A DNA stretch of 64,000 bases from NCBI GenBank assembly GCA_965112155.1, contig OZ218098.1. The stretch is one strand, 5' to 3'. The notes under the pieces are model-generated. The model was not told the DNA's origin and made no database searches. It saw nothing but the letters and a program-made list of their open reading frames with translations. Both the position numbers and the translations under genes were made by a program. Positions 12,886 to 24,771 of the stretch are shown piece by piece. This DNA comes from Podarcis liolepis. Lineage: Eukaryota. How positions within the stretch are numbered: the stretch's first letter is position 1; the number at the start of each line of letters is the position of its first letter.

Positions 12886-13464
12886 ATTCCTTCCTCTATC
12901 TTAGGTATAGCAATTGCATTTTCTCTGTCTATTGGGTCAAGATGCTTAGTTTTTCCTCAATTAAATTATAGCCCAATAAAAAAACCTAAAACTACTGGCT
13001 GCATCTAAATTTTTCTATGGTCTTTTTTCATTTCATTTCATTTTTTTTTTTTTTTGCCAAATGGGCTGCTTCTGAAGAAACAAAACAGTTTTCTCAACCA
13101 TCCACTATTTTTATTTTATTCTTACTCTGATTGCATTTTGCTTTCTCAGCACCATTATTTCCTTGATTGGTTGGGATTTCCATGTGGTTAATCAGGGGTT
13201 GTGGGGTGAATGGGATCATCTTAATCTGCTGTGTAGCCAATCAAGTCCTGCTGTTTGCCAATATCAAGCAAAACAAGCAATGCCATTTTAATCAAATTCC
13301 CCTTCAGCTTCCTGCACTACCTCCTATGTTGTTCTAGAAGGTTCTCCAGCCCCCTGGACCAGCTTTTTGGGGAGAGTATAGAGTATTTTATAGTGCAGTT
13401 GATGTGCAAAGATGCTGAGCCATATTGCTTGAGAGCATTTCAACTAGAAATGCCAATATGTGAA

Positions 13465-13610
13465 AGGGCTTAGCTCAGGGATAGAGCAGTTGCTTTGCAT
13501 GCAAAAAAATAAAATAAAAATACCCAAGGTCCTCAATCAATCTCTGGCATCTTCGGGTCAGACATCTGCTTGTCATTGTAGACAGTACTGGGCAAGATGG
13601 ACCCAATGAT
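13465..13610 (+). mobile_element. degraded Squam2-like tRNA SINE
   Basis: tagctcagggatagagcagttgctttgcatgca head and tgtagacagtactgggcaagatggacc body. Confidence 0.6.
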
Positions 13611-14049
13611 AAGATTGTTTCATTGCAACTTTGGCATGCCAAGCATGTGCTCTGTTGCAAAACCATGATCTTCCCTTCCTTATACCTTCACTGTGAAGTA
13701 CTTGACCCACAGCACTTGCCAAAATTAATAGGTAGATTAATTTATTGTGAAAGGAACTCCATGTGACTAAAGTGGATCAGCCCTGTGTGCCTCTTCCTGG
13801 TTCCACCCTCAAGACCACTATGCACCAAACAAAGATCTGAAGGAAGCCTCAGCGTATTTATGGGTTCTGATTGTGTGGACAAGTTTCCAGGAGTGAGGTT
13901 GACTTTCCAATCAGCCCTTCACTCAACATATGGAGCTTGGGAAGAAGAACACACACAAGCCATTCCAATTCCTCAACCATCTCTACTTCTGCTAACTGTA
14001 GGTGGCCATGAATTTGCCCTACCTAAATCATTTCTATTATATTATTTTA

Positions 14050-14290
14050 CAGTCATACCTTGGATCCTGAATGCCTTGGTAGTTGGATGTTTCGGCTCCC
14101 GAATGCCGCAAACCTAGAAGTGAGTGTTCTGGTTTGTGAACGTTCTTTGTAACCCAGACGTCTGACGGGGCTTCTGATTGGCTGCAGGAGCTTCCTGCAG
14201 CCAATCAGAAGCTGCACTTTGGTTTCCAAACGTTTTGGAAGTCAAACGGACTTCTGGAACAGATTCTGTTCGACTTCCAAGGTATGACTT
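14050..14290. mobile_element. Tc1/mariner (Tigger-like) MITE, family B
   Basis: TIR cagtcataccttgga / tccaaggtatgact(t) with TA flanks. Central palindrome gcttctgattggctgcagga-gct-tcctgcagccaatcagaagc. Confidence 0.85.
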
Positions 14291-14952
14291 TATTTGTAAA
14301 CTCCGAACTGTATTGAGCTAAAATTAAAACTTAAAAAAACCCTAAATAACATACTCTAGGTCCATTTTGTAATTCTCTGCAGCTGGATTTTTAAAATTTA
14401 TTTATTTATTAGTCAGTATCCAAATAGATTAAATCCGTCAAAAAAAAAGTATGAGAAAAAAGGGGAGGCTGGAGGAAAACCATACTGTCCTTTCATTCTC
14501 CTTGTGCACTGTAAGGTATAGGAGCAGCTTGTCCATCCTAATAACATTTGATATTAGCAGCGTGCTGAAGAGACTTATTTGAAATGTTTAAAAGTCAGGT
14601 CTCTCTGCCAGGATTCAAATGGTCAGCAACAACAATTGCAACTCTGAACCTAAGTGTGGGAATGCGGGAGAAGGGATTTCAGAGAGACGGCTGTCAAATG
14701 AGATTATATTATTAAAAATGCAACTCTCTGCCTGTCAATTACAGCACATTTTATGGTCTGTAGGAAATGCAGCTGATTATTAACGAGAATGCTAGGTTAA
14801 TAGTGTTTGCTGAGACTTATTAATCAGGAAACCTGGGAATGCGCAGATAAGGAAACTGAGCATGGGCGGGGGGGGGGGGACACTGATTTAATAGACAAGG
14901 GGAAACATTGCTGTTATAATACATCAAGGCTGGAAAGGGTTTAGTCTTATAT

Positions 14953-15031
14953 AGCGCAATCCTATGCTTGTCTGCTTAAAAGTAAGCTCCGCTGAATTTC
15001 ATGGGACTTGGTGTGTATAAGATTGCAGCCT
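14953..15031. mobile_element. short (~85 bp) palindromic repeat (gcaatcctatg...gattgcagcc)
   Basis: Self-complementary ends. Related copies at about 5127, 9955, 32152 and 59788. Confidence 0.6.
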
Positions 15032-16147
15032 AAAGAACCTGAGGGAATGTTGGCTACAAAAATTTAGCAAAATATGGGTATCCAGTGGCTTAAAAAATAT
15101 CCAAAGCAATGAAGTGAATCATTATAAAATATGATACAAGTATCCCTTGACATATTGCAGAGGTCAGTGCTGAATATTGTTATTCTGAACACTGTCATTA
15201 ATTTATTCTCAAGAATGGCAAACCTTCTTTTTAAAGGTATATATCAGTTTCATTCTCAGTTCTCTTTTTCCACGTAATGATGAGAAGATAAGTAACCTTT
15301 GAGAGCTCTACTGTTTCAACAACGTTTGCTACCTTCTCCAATTCCTTTGGAGAATAATGGTTCATTGGTCTTTGGTTTGACATTAATAATACCTTGCTTT
15401 ATGGGAACATTTTTTTCTTTACTTGTCCAGCCCAGAGACTGAAAGTTATAGATCATAATGACTTAGCAGCTAAAAGAAAGAAGCAAGTGATCTATAAATT
15501 TGAGATACCACCTAGCAACGTGTGCAACTCTCTGAATAAATGTTGTTAGCATTGTACCAGCAATATTTTGCCTTTCCTTGATGTTCTTTCATTGTCACTC
15601 TTCTGAAGGCCCCTGGCAAGCACTACCAAATATTTTTAGCAACCTTCAGTTGCCCACCCCTATTGTAACAGGACATCATCAGTGCCCCTGTGGTTTTCTG
15701 TGTCTTTACTTCCACTGCCTCCATAAGACACTTCCAAGAAAAGGTTTAATTAAAGAATATACCCAGGTAGCTAAATGAGCAAGTTTGTTCCATGGCCTGC
15801 TGATCCAGGCACCATCTATATCTACTGTAGGACTGTGCTTGCAAAAAATCACAATCTTGGTCTTAGGTACTAATTTATAAATAGTTCAGTCCCCCCACCA
15901 AGTAAAGTAAAAATTAGTATCATGAACCAGCCAAACTTTCCATGCAAAAAACCCCTATATGCATGGCTATAGATGCTCATGTTATAATGTTTATTTTAAA
16001 TATGTGTTTTCCTAAGCAATTTAAAAGGGTTGTCATTGTTGATTCTGCCAACTGAAGTGAAGTGCAACTCATTGCAATCTAAAGGGAGCAGGAGAAGCTT
16101 CCAAGACCTTTAACTTCAGCATCCAAAATTGCTTAATGGCACCATTG

Positions 16148-16584
16148 TGTTAGAATTCCTGCTCCATGATTGCAGTCATGGGATTGTTGTCTATCACATG
16201 GCGGTGTATGTTTTGGCTCCACAAAGTAGGAAGTGATGGAGACAGGATATTTGTGTTACTGTGTTACATGATGTGGGACTATTGTCCTTTGTTCTTTCTC
16301 TTTGCCGTCTGATGCTAGAGAGAGGGGGAGCCATGTTGCAGTGCTCCGTGTGTGTTTATATGTAAATAAAGTAGATTAGCCATAATGCTGAGGTCTGTTA
16401 CGCAAGCTGCGAAGACTCTGCGGATTCCTAAGTGTGCCGATGTCTGTTGGCATCGGTCGCTGTGATGTTTGGGCTGAAGAAAGCTTTTGAAGCTCCCGAA
16501 CTATCGACCAGGAGGGAGAGAACATGCCAGTCGGGCATGTGTCTCTGCCAGGGTCCTACTTGCGCGTAGGACAAGCTCCTGACA
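16148..16584 (+). mobile_element. solo LTR (Gypsy/BEL-like)
   Basis: Termini tgttag...ctgaca. 5-bp TSD cattg/catta. Internal AATAAA at ~16365 and retained CpGs. Confidence 0.8.
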
Positions 16585-17009
16585 CATTAGACCTGTTCCA
16601 CCTGTACACTTATAAGTGACAATAGCATGAGTTTCTAAAGGAGAATTAGCTTGAAAGGCAGACCTGAAAAACCACGTTACTGGGGAAGAATGCAAAAAGT
16701 GAGTGCAGTCACCAACCCAACATTCCTTCCACAGTCCCCCACGCCCACTGTATGCTGCCGCCGCCACCCCCGACCCTTGCTGCAATGCAGGGGCTGAAGC
16801 CAGCCATTCCAGTTTCAGACTTGGGACTCAGCTACACAGGTCAATTCATAACATTAAAATGTGTAATTTAAAATGTGACACCAGATGGCGCTGTAGAGCA
16901 GAATCCAAAGTCCATGGCAGGACCCCCCCCCCCCGGTAACATTTTTTCCATAACATTTTTTATATCTGTATAGATCCAGCCTTGGATTCATTGTGCAAAG
17001 TAACTGTAT

Positions 17010-17366
17010 AAAGGTAAAGGGGTAAAGGGACCCCTGACCATTAGGTCCAGTCGTGACCGACTCTGGGGTTGCGGCGCTCATCTCACTTTATTGGCCGAGG
17101 GAGCCGGCATACAGCTTCCGGGTCATGTGGCCAGCATAACTAAGCTGCTTCTGGCAAACCAGAGCAGCACACACAAACACCGTTTACCTTCCCACTGGAG
17201 TGGTACCTATTTATCTACTTGCACTTTGACGTGCTTTCGAACTGCTAGGTTGGCAGGAGCAGGGACTGAGCAACGGGAGCTCACCCCGTCGCGGGGATTC
17301 GAACCGCCGACCTTCTGATTGGCAAGTCCTAGGCTCTGTGGTTTAACCCACAGCACCACCCACCCT
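17010..17366 (-). mobile_element. Sauria SINE (Squam1), full length, young
   Basis: Reverse-strand head with B box ggttcgaatccc, body gaaagcacgtcaaagtgcaagtagataaataggtacc, tail (cctttac)n. Confidence 0.93.
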
Positions 17367-19045
17367 GGGGACCTTGACACGCAAATATTGTCCCCCATTC
17401 ACAAAATGTAGCACACAGGAGAAGAGAAATGAAACCTCCTGCCACTTTAACTTGCTTGTGCTTCATTCTTTTTTAAATGCAGTTTTTCCATCTCCTGCAC
17501 TGATCTCACAAAGTGGGAGGGTTGCTTACAGTGACAGCATGCAGCAAAGTCATAAAAGGAGTGGGTGGGTGGTTACTTACTCCTCAACACTTCATTTCTG
17601 TGCTAAATAGACCACCCCCCAACCCTCTGAATGAGACAGGCATTTGTTTAACAAACATGAGAGGGACCTGAGTATCTGGTTTGGCCAAAGATCCTTGCTT
17701 TTAGTTTTTATAGGCCATTTCCAAACACAGCCTTCACCTGATAGTCAGATCTAATATCAGACAAATGCTTTCAGTATTAAAAGTTTGTTTGATTGTTCAG
17801 CTGTAAAATGGGGAAGGCGCTAGAAGCCTTATATTATCACTGAGCTGTAAAATGAAAATATTGCACCAATTTACAGATCAGCTAACAAAGGTCATGTGTA
17901 TGAAGTTGCTTTATTCCCCCCCCTCCCCCTAAAATCCATTATTCCGTTTGTTGTTTTCTTCTTACATAGATCCTGAACTTGAAAAGAGCAGGGAGAGAAA
18001 TGTTGGCAGCCAAATTGAGCACCAGTTCGTTGACTCTCTTTAAAATCTTACTTTAATACGCTTGACCGAAGTGCAACCTCTATTCCCTTCCATTTTAATG
18101 TGAGTTCCTGCTATTGTAAGCAACCCAGAATTAAATGTTTAATCTAAAAACACTGTTTCTTTTACATAATAAATGTCGCTGTATAATGTTAGACTACTCA
18201 TTAGCAAATGTGCTGCATGCCTGACATCACAGAATCAGTTGAGAAGCAGGGATGAAACCATTTTAAATTATTTAAAGCTTCCCATTTATGGATAGAAGGA
18301 CAACTTCAATTACAAAAATAATGCTTCTTAAAATAGAATTTATTTCTCTTTACAACAATCTGAGATTGCACAGTGATGTGCTGTGATACAAACGCTTTTA
18401 TCAAAACAAAACAAAAATCATTGAAGCCAATGAAGCGTTTACAAAACTCCATTGAGATGGATTCTAACTTAGAATTAGAATTTGGAGCCTGATTACAAGG
18501 TTACATTAGAAGCCTTCAGAAAACAGTATATTAATGATGACATTAAAGTCATTACTTGAATCTTCTCAAGCTCTTTTAGGACAAAACTGAACATTGAGTT
18601 TTCATCCATAGGTTAAAGATGGGGGGATCTATTGCATAGATTTAAGGGAGGCTGCAATCCCATGGTCCCTGAGAATGTATTTCATTAGATAATTTACAAA
18701 ACAGGACACCTTCATCTGCTCCAACTGCAGCAAAACATGTCTCTCCTGTACTGATCTCTAAAGCCACAGCAGGCACTGTAACTCTCCAACAGTTTGTCTT
18801 TACTCCCAATGGCGCACTCTTCCACTGTCTCTCAAGACATACAGATGCCAACAACAAGGAGATGTTTATATGGTTCCCACCTAGTGGCCTAAAGGCAAAA
18901 TTGTTTATTTAGAAAAGCTAAAATTGTATTTTCACTAGATTTGTGCTTTTGGGAGAGTTTCCAAGATGGATGCCAGACTGAGAACAATATAAAGAGAAAC
19001 CAAGCAATGAAACCAGTTATTGTTAAGTGTCACTGGGGTAGCATA

Positions 19046-19287
19046 CAGTGGTACCTCAGATTACATACACTTCAGGTTACATACGCTTCAGGTTACATAC
19101 TCCGCTAACCCAGAAATAGTGCTTCAGGTTAAGAACTTTGCTTCAGGTTGAGAACAGAAATCATGCTCTGGCGGCGCGGCAGCAGCAGGAGGCCCCATTA
19201 GCTAAAGTGGTGCGTCAGGTTAAGAACAGTTTCAGGTTAAGTACGGACCTCCGGAACGAATTAAGTACTTAACCCAAGGTACCACTG
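19046..19287. mobile_element. Tigger-like MITE family A copy 2 (opposite orientation to copy 1)
   Basis: TIRs cagtggtacctc / aaggtaccactg with TA TSD. Confidence 0.92.
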
Positions 19288-19657
19288 TACATATATTATG
19301 GTGCATTTCCTTCTCCATGGGTGGGTGGGAGAAACGGAGGTCTAGTTAAAGAGGTCTCCCTGGAGCAATAGTAGCAGAAAGGTTTGCTGTTACAGCTTCT
19401 CTGCTGTTGCTGCTCCGGTAACAGAGAGGGCAAAAAGAGGGGTATGCTGTGAGCATGCCAAGGACAAATCAGAGGAAGTGTTGGCTCCACTGGAGACAAA
19501 ACCTTCCTATCATACCCTCCAACATGCCTCAGAGGAAAAGTGGGACATGTGTCTTTTCGGGCTGTGTGCCCACAGGAGACAGGTGACTCATACAAGAGCA
19601 CAGCCTCCCCCACCCCATTATCATTAAAGCCAAAATATTGCAAAAGGAGGCTTAACA

Positions 19658-19865
19658 TAGGGTTGCCATACGTCCAGAATTTCCTGAACATAGCTGGGAT
19701 TCGGCTGTCAGAAACAGTGTCCGGGTGAAATCACTGAAACGTTCAGGCAACCAATGTCAGAAGTGTAGATTTTGGTGAATTTCATTAAAAATAGCTCAAA
19801 AACTTCTTTGGGGAAAAAAAAAGCTGAACAACTTGTGTGTCCAAATTTTCGCTAATTAAAATGGA
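19658..19865. mobile_element. DNA-transposon MITE fragment with TAGGGTTGCCA terminus
   Basis: Starts tagggttgccatacgtcc. Second terminus not clearly found. Confidence 0.5.
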
Positions 19866-20154
19866 TGTTTCTCCCTCCCTCCCACATTCTAACCTGCTGG
19901 TTTTGGATTTGGCAGTTCATTTGACATTATTGTTTTATTTGTTCATTTATCTGTTGCTTTCTGCATAAAATCTCAAAGCAATTACCAATGGGGGGAAAGA
20001 CACAGTACAAAATTTAAAACAACAAAAAGATAAATAGAATGTTATTTGCGAAATGTGCTCATCCTGCAATATCATAAAAAGGATGAATCCTCTCCCACTC
20101 TGCTAAAATGTGAATGCCAATGCAGAGTTCGCTATCATCATACCAGGTGACCCC

Positions 20155-21180
20155 AGTTAAGAATCAAATGCTAAGGTACATATGGACATTTTTAGCTGGT
20201 GCCTAAAAGTTGCTATTGGTGGTTCCAGTAACCTCTCTCTGGGAAGTGCATTCCACAGTTGGGAGCCAACAACAAAAGGCCTCTGCATCTTCCTTGGTGT
20301 GTGGGTGAGGGCAAAGCAGGGCCTCAGTTGGCAAAGACAGGATCGGTGTAGGTTCATGTAGAGGGGCACTGGATACTGAGGTTCTGAGCCACATAAAGCA
20401 CAGGTGGCACTGTGGTCTAAACCAATGAGCCTCTTGGGCTTGCCAATCGGAAGGTTGGCAATTCGAATCCATGTGGCAGGGTGAGCTCCTGTTGCTCTGT
20501 CCTAACTTCTGCCAACCTAGCAGTTCAAAAGCATGCCATTACAAATAGATATATACATTCCGCTGCGGCGGGAAGGTAAACAGCCTTTCTCTGAGCTCTG
20601 GTTTCCATCACGGTGTCCCGTTGTGCCAGAAGTGGTTTAGTCATGCTGGTCACATAACCTGGAAAGCTGTCTGTGGACAAATGCTGACTCCCTAGGGCTG
20701 AAAGCGAGATGAGCACCACACCCCATAGTGACCTTTGACTGGACTTCACCGTCCAGGGGCCCTTTGCCTTTATAGGTAAAAAAAAGAATACTATAGCCAA
20801 TGGCATCAAAAACTGTGAAGAGATCAAGGAGAATCTGTTTTCTGATGAAGGGGAGATATGGTTTCCATGTCAAAACCAGGCTTAAACTTCAATTGAAATG
20901 GATCTGGAAAACTGGTCTGGGCCAGGAGAGCTTGGATCTGGTTAGTGTCCAAGAAGGGAACATTATTAACTGATCAGTAGATGTTTTAGTTTTCTGGATC
21001 TAGGGTGGGCTTCTAAAGTAGTTTTACCACCTCCTCTGGCAGGGATCATACCCTCTTTTATAGAGGCGCTGATCACCTCTCTGACCCAACCAGCTCTCTC
21101 CTCTGTACTAGTTTTTATCAGGCATCCTGGAGCCACGCCACTACACCCTCTTCCCCCACCAGGCAGGATTGGTCCATCCA
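20155..21180 (-). mobile_element. degraded L2 LINE, interrupted by a Sauria SINE
   Basis: Minus-strand peptide RPFVVGSQLWNALPRE...FRHQLK is typical of the L2 ORF2 C-terminus. Further decayed ORF2 sequence at 20780-21180. Confidence 0.65.
20398..20772 (+). mobile_element. Sauria SINE (older subfamily)
   Basis: ggtggcactgtggtctaaacc head, gccaacctagcagttc, gcgggaaggtaaac, tail ccctttgccttt. Confidence 0.9.
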
Positions 21181-21559
21181 ATGAATAGATGGAAAGGGTG
21201 ATTTTTCTCTGCAGTATGGACAAGTCCATAAGAATTAACAATTTAATAGGGTTTTCTGATTTTCAGCATATAATGGAACTTGGCACCTGAGAAAAGTAAT
21301 TGAAGTTCAAGTGCAGAAGAAAATCATTGGGGTCTTTTTCTTTTTTAAAAGCCATTTGTGAGAATTGAAGTAAAGTGTTTCGCAGCAGTGCAAAAGGGTC
21401 CTGTCATTTGCCCCTCTTCTGTGTTGCTTACTTTTTTTTTACTAAAACTGTCAGTGTTAAACTCTGATGGAGCAGTAGAACAAAGGTGAAAGAAGCATAC
21501 TTTTATAAGGATATATCTTTTTCTTTAAAAAATGCATATGCACAAACAGGTAAAACAAA

Positions 21560-21971
21560 TAAAAAAAATTTAAAAAATTGTCCATTAGCACCTTAGAGAG
21601 CAACTAAGTTTGTTCTTGGTACAGTGGTACCTCGGGTTACATGCACTTCAGGTTACAGACTCCGCTAACCCAGAAATAGTGCTTCAGGTTAAGAATTTTG
21701 CTTCAGTTTGAGAACAGAAATCGTGCTCCGGCAGCATGGCGGCAGCGGGAGGCCCCATTAGCTAAAGTGGTGCTTCAGGTTAAGAACAGTTTCAGGTTAA
21801 GAACAGACCTCCAGAGCGAATTAAGTTCTTAACCCGAGGTACCACTGTATACGAAAGCTTATACCAAGAACAAACTTAGTTGGTCTCTAAGGTGCTACTG
21901 GACAATTTTTTTATTTTTATTTTTTATATATATATTTCGACTGGGTCAGACCAGCACGGCTACCTACCTGA
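21560..21971. mobile_element. Penelope-type inverted-repeat (hairpin) element interrupted by a MITE
   Basis: 50-bp inverted arms at 21572-21621 and 21862-21911 (2 mismatches). Flanked by 12-bp direct repeat aggtaaaacaaa (21548-21559, 21972-21983). Arm sequence resembles lizard Penelope-like termini. Confidence 0.7.
21622..21847. mobile_element. Tigger-like MITE family A copy 3
   Basis: TIR cagtggtacctcgggtta / taacccgaggtaccactg with TA TSD. Confidence 0.93.
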
Positions 21972-22045
21972 AGGTAAAACAAAGAATAGTTCTGGACAAA
22001 GAAATCACTTTCCCTGGCTAATAGTCTGTGCAGTTAAGGTCACAA

Positions 22046-22241
22046 ACCAAGCATGTAGCTAGTAACTATCTTGTTTGTGCATGGCAACTGACACTCGGGT
22101 TGCTCTGCATATTTCATATAATCTCAGAGTTGGAAGGGACCCAAGGGTCATCTAGTCCAAGTTCCATCTTTAGTTGTCATGGCTAATATACGATGATAGC
22201 AGGAGAATCCATGAACTACATCGGTGTATCTAAGAACTGTC
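22046..22241 (+). repeat. 196-bp direct repeat, copy 1 (contains a small CR1 3' tip)
   Basis: Identical to 22545-22740 by direct comparison. Confidence 0.95.
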
Positions 22242-22538
22242 AGTGTTTGTAGAAAGCAAAAAAAAAAAAAAAAGAAAGAAAGGGTTCTGACCTCCCTTTA
22301 TCTTCTCAGTCTCCTTGTTGAAACAAAAAGAGTCCACGGGAATATCCTTGCAGAGTTTTATTAAAAGTCTTTGTGCAAAACACGACTGAATACACACCAG
22401 CACCAACCAACCCAAACACCAGCCAACAAACCAACTAACATCTCTCACTTATATATATACAGCCTGCTGCAAGCCGCTGAGTCATGCTGACCCAGCTTTA
22501 TTCACATTAAAGAAACAGCGGCCATTTTAGCCGTGACA
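22238..22538 (-). mobile_element. solo LTR (~300 bp, Gypsy-like)
   Basis: Termini tgtca...tgaca. On the minus strand a TATA (tatatatataa) precedes AATAAA. Confidence 0.75.
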
Positions 22539-22544
22539 TAGCAG

Positions 22545-22740
22545 ACCAAGCATGTAGCTAGTAACTATCTTGTTTGTGCATGGCAACTGACACTCGGGTT
22601 GCTCTGCATATTTCATATAATCTCAGAGTTGGAAGGGACCCAAGGGTCATCTAGTCCAAGTTCCATCTTTAGTTGTCATGGCTAATATACGATGATAGCA
22701 GGAGAATCCATGAACTACATCGGTGTATCTAAGAACTGTC
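22545..22740 (+). repeat. 196-bp direct repeat, copy 2
   Basis: Identical to 22046-22241. Confidence 0.95.
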
Positions 22741-24771
22741 CATCACCACATATTTAGCTAGGGCATTCCAAAGCTAATTATGCATTGTGCAAAACTAAAT
22801 AGTTATATAAATAATTTTGTATTCATCAGTCAAAATAAAAGTATTATTTTCAGGACCTATTTTTTAGGCTCATTTAAGCTTTGGATGACAGTTTACGAAT
22901 TTCTTTGTTTTATTTATATTCAGCCCTTACACCAAACGTTAATGGGGCTCACAATAAAAGAGAAAATAACATAGAACTGCCATAAAGTTTAATGCAAAAC
23001 CAACCAAACAAGTCGGCAGGTAAAACATCAACAGAATCAACTGGCTAAAACAAGTTGTGATTTAATTATTTATTTTAGTGGCATATCTCATGGTGTTTGC
23101 TCCTGGCTCCACAGGGTGCAAAGAGTGTTGCACTGATACCAATATAAGGGGCATTTCTTCTAAAAGCGGGGATGTCCTTATATGATTCTTATCAGACTAC
23201 TTCATGAACAAAAGACCTGCCTAAATAATATGCCTTTGCCTGCCAGTGGAAGTTCAATTGTGTCATGGCAAGGAATTTCAGAGCTTCAGAGCAATCAGTG
23301 AGAAATCTTCCCCTTGAATACCCATTAAAGATGTTTCGGATGTTGGCAGGACAGAAAGAAGAAAGAGATCTCTTGAGGGTCTTTAGAATCTGGCCGAGCT
23401 CATATAGTATAGTCGTATCTGGATTTGTCCAGGCTACCTTGAAAGAAAATATCAAGATCTGATGTCAGTAATATTTAAGTATCATATTTCAGAAAGTGTG
23501 GTCAGATTCCAGCCGTATTTAGACTGCTGTCTCAAAGCTGCAGCTGTCTTTCTTTATGAGGGAAAAAAATCCTAAGAAAGTACAAAAGGAAAAGGAAACA
23601 GCTAGAACCTTCCACCATGCATTGTTCTCCACTATCAACAACAAGGATTAGTTGACAGGGCTTTAGTCTTCTTTGTAAGGTTTCGTTTTGAAAACTTTAT
23701 TCATTTTTGAGACATAAGGAAACAAGTTGCTGTTGACTCACGAATTCATATTTCCTAAAGAGGTGCAGCGGCTCAGGAAGCATAGCTCAAGTCCACTTTC
23801 TGGTCGGCTTGTCCATCAGTGGGTGTTGACCTTGACATGTATAACAAGAGGGCCAGAGTATCACAACTAATATCTACTACCAGGTATCATTACAGAAACA
23901 CTCCATTTCTTAAACATCCAGGAGGCCAATGGAAGTATTCATTGCATTTTCCATATTCTTGTCTTCTCCTGTTCCTTCCTTACAGGAATATTCGGATTCA
24001 TTATTCATTACTGACTTTGCAGCTAAGCTATAGTGCTGGAGAATTCTCTCTTCTTCCCCTTAGAAACTCACTGGCTCTGCCACCTTTGTAGATATCCTGC
24101 TGAATATTGATATGGCATACTAAATGGTGCATTATGAGCTGCATTCTGATACTGTATTCATAATCCATTGAATTAACTATCTAAAGGTCCCCTCACCAGC
24201 ATTTCATTCTAATCTACCTGTACTAGCCAATGCACCCATTGGTGACCTTCAGAAATGTGAATTCCTACATAAAGGAGTTTTTTCTCACTCCATGCCAATA
24301 TGTTACTTTATGGGGGTTTTTAAAGTACAATGGTTTCACAAATGTGGGCATTCTTATCTATGAGGTATTTCTGAGTGAATGACTATTGACTTGGGGGGGA
24401 AAGGCATTTGTTTTGTGTAAGAAGTAAATGGATATATAATGCATTTCCCAACTTGCAGGCAGGAAAGCAGGACAGAAAGAATTGTGTTAAAAAGAGCTTC
24501 GGGAATAAGCTGTTTTCCACCTGGAGTTTTTGCCCTGGTAATTTGATCTCCATGTATATTAAGTTCTCATTCCGCCTGATGAGTGACAAGTGTGACCCAT
24601 ATTACTCCATCCTCTTTTGCTGTTGATCATCGGTTGACCAGAAAGTGTCGCCACACCTATCTTTGTGGATATTTTACTAAACAGCATAGAAAGGTGTTGA
24701 TTTGCAGTTGCTAGAATCCCTTTGGACCATTGGATATGGTTCTGGTCATGGTTTCATGGAAACCTCTAAAT

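Noticed and set aside
22046-22740. Interpreting the 196-bp repeats as the LTRs of a TRIM element
   Set aside because: The repeats lack TG...CA ends, PBS/PPT and an outer TSD, and they contain a CR1 tip. The LTR hallmarks are in the central segment instead.
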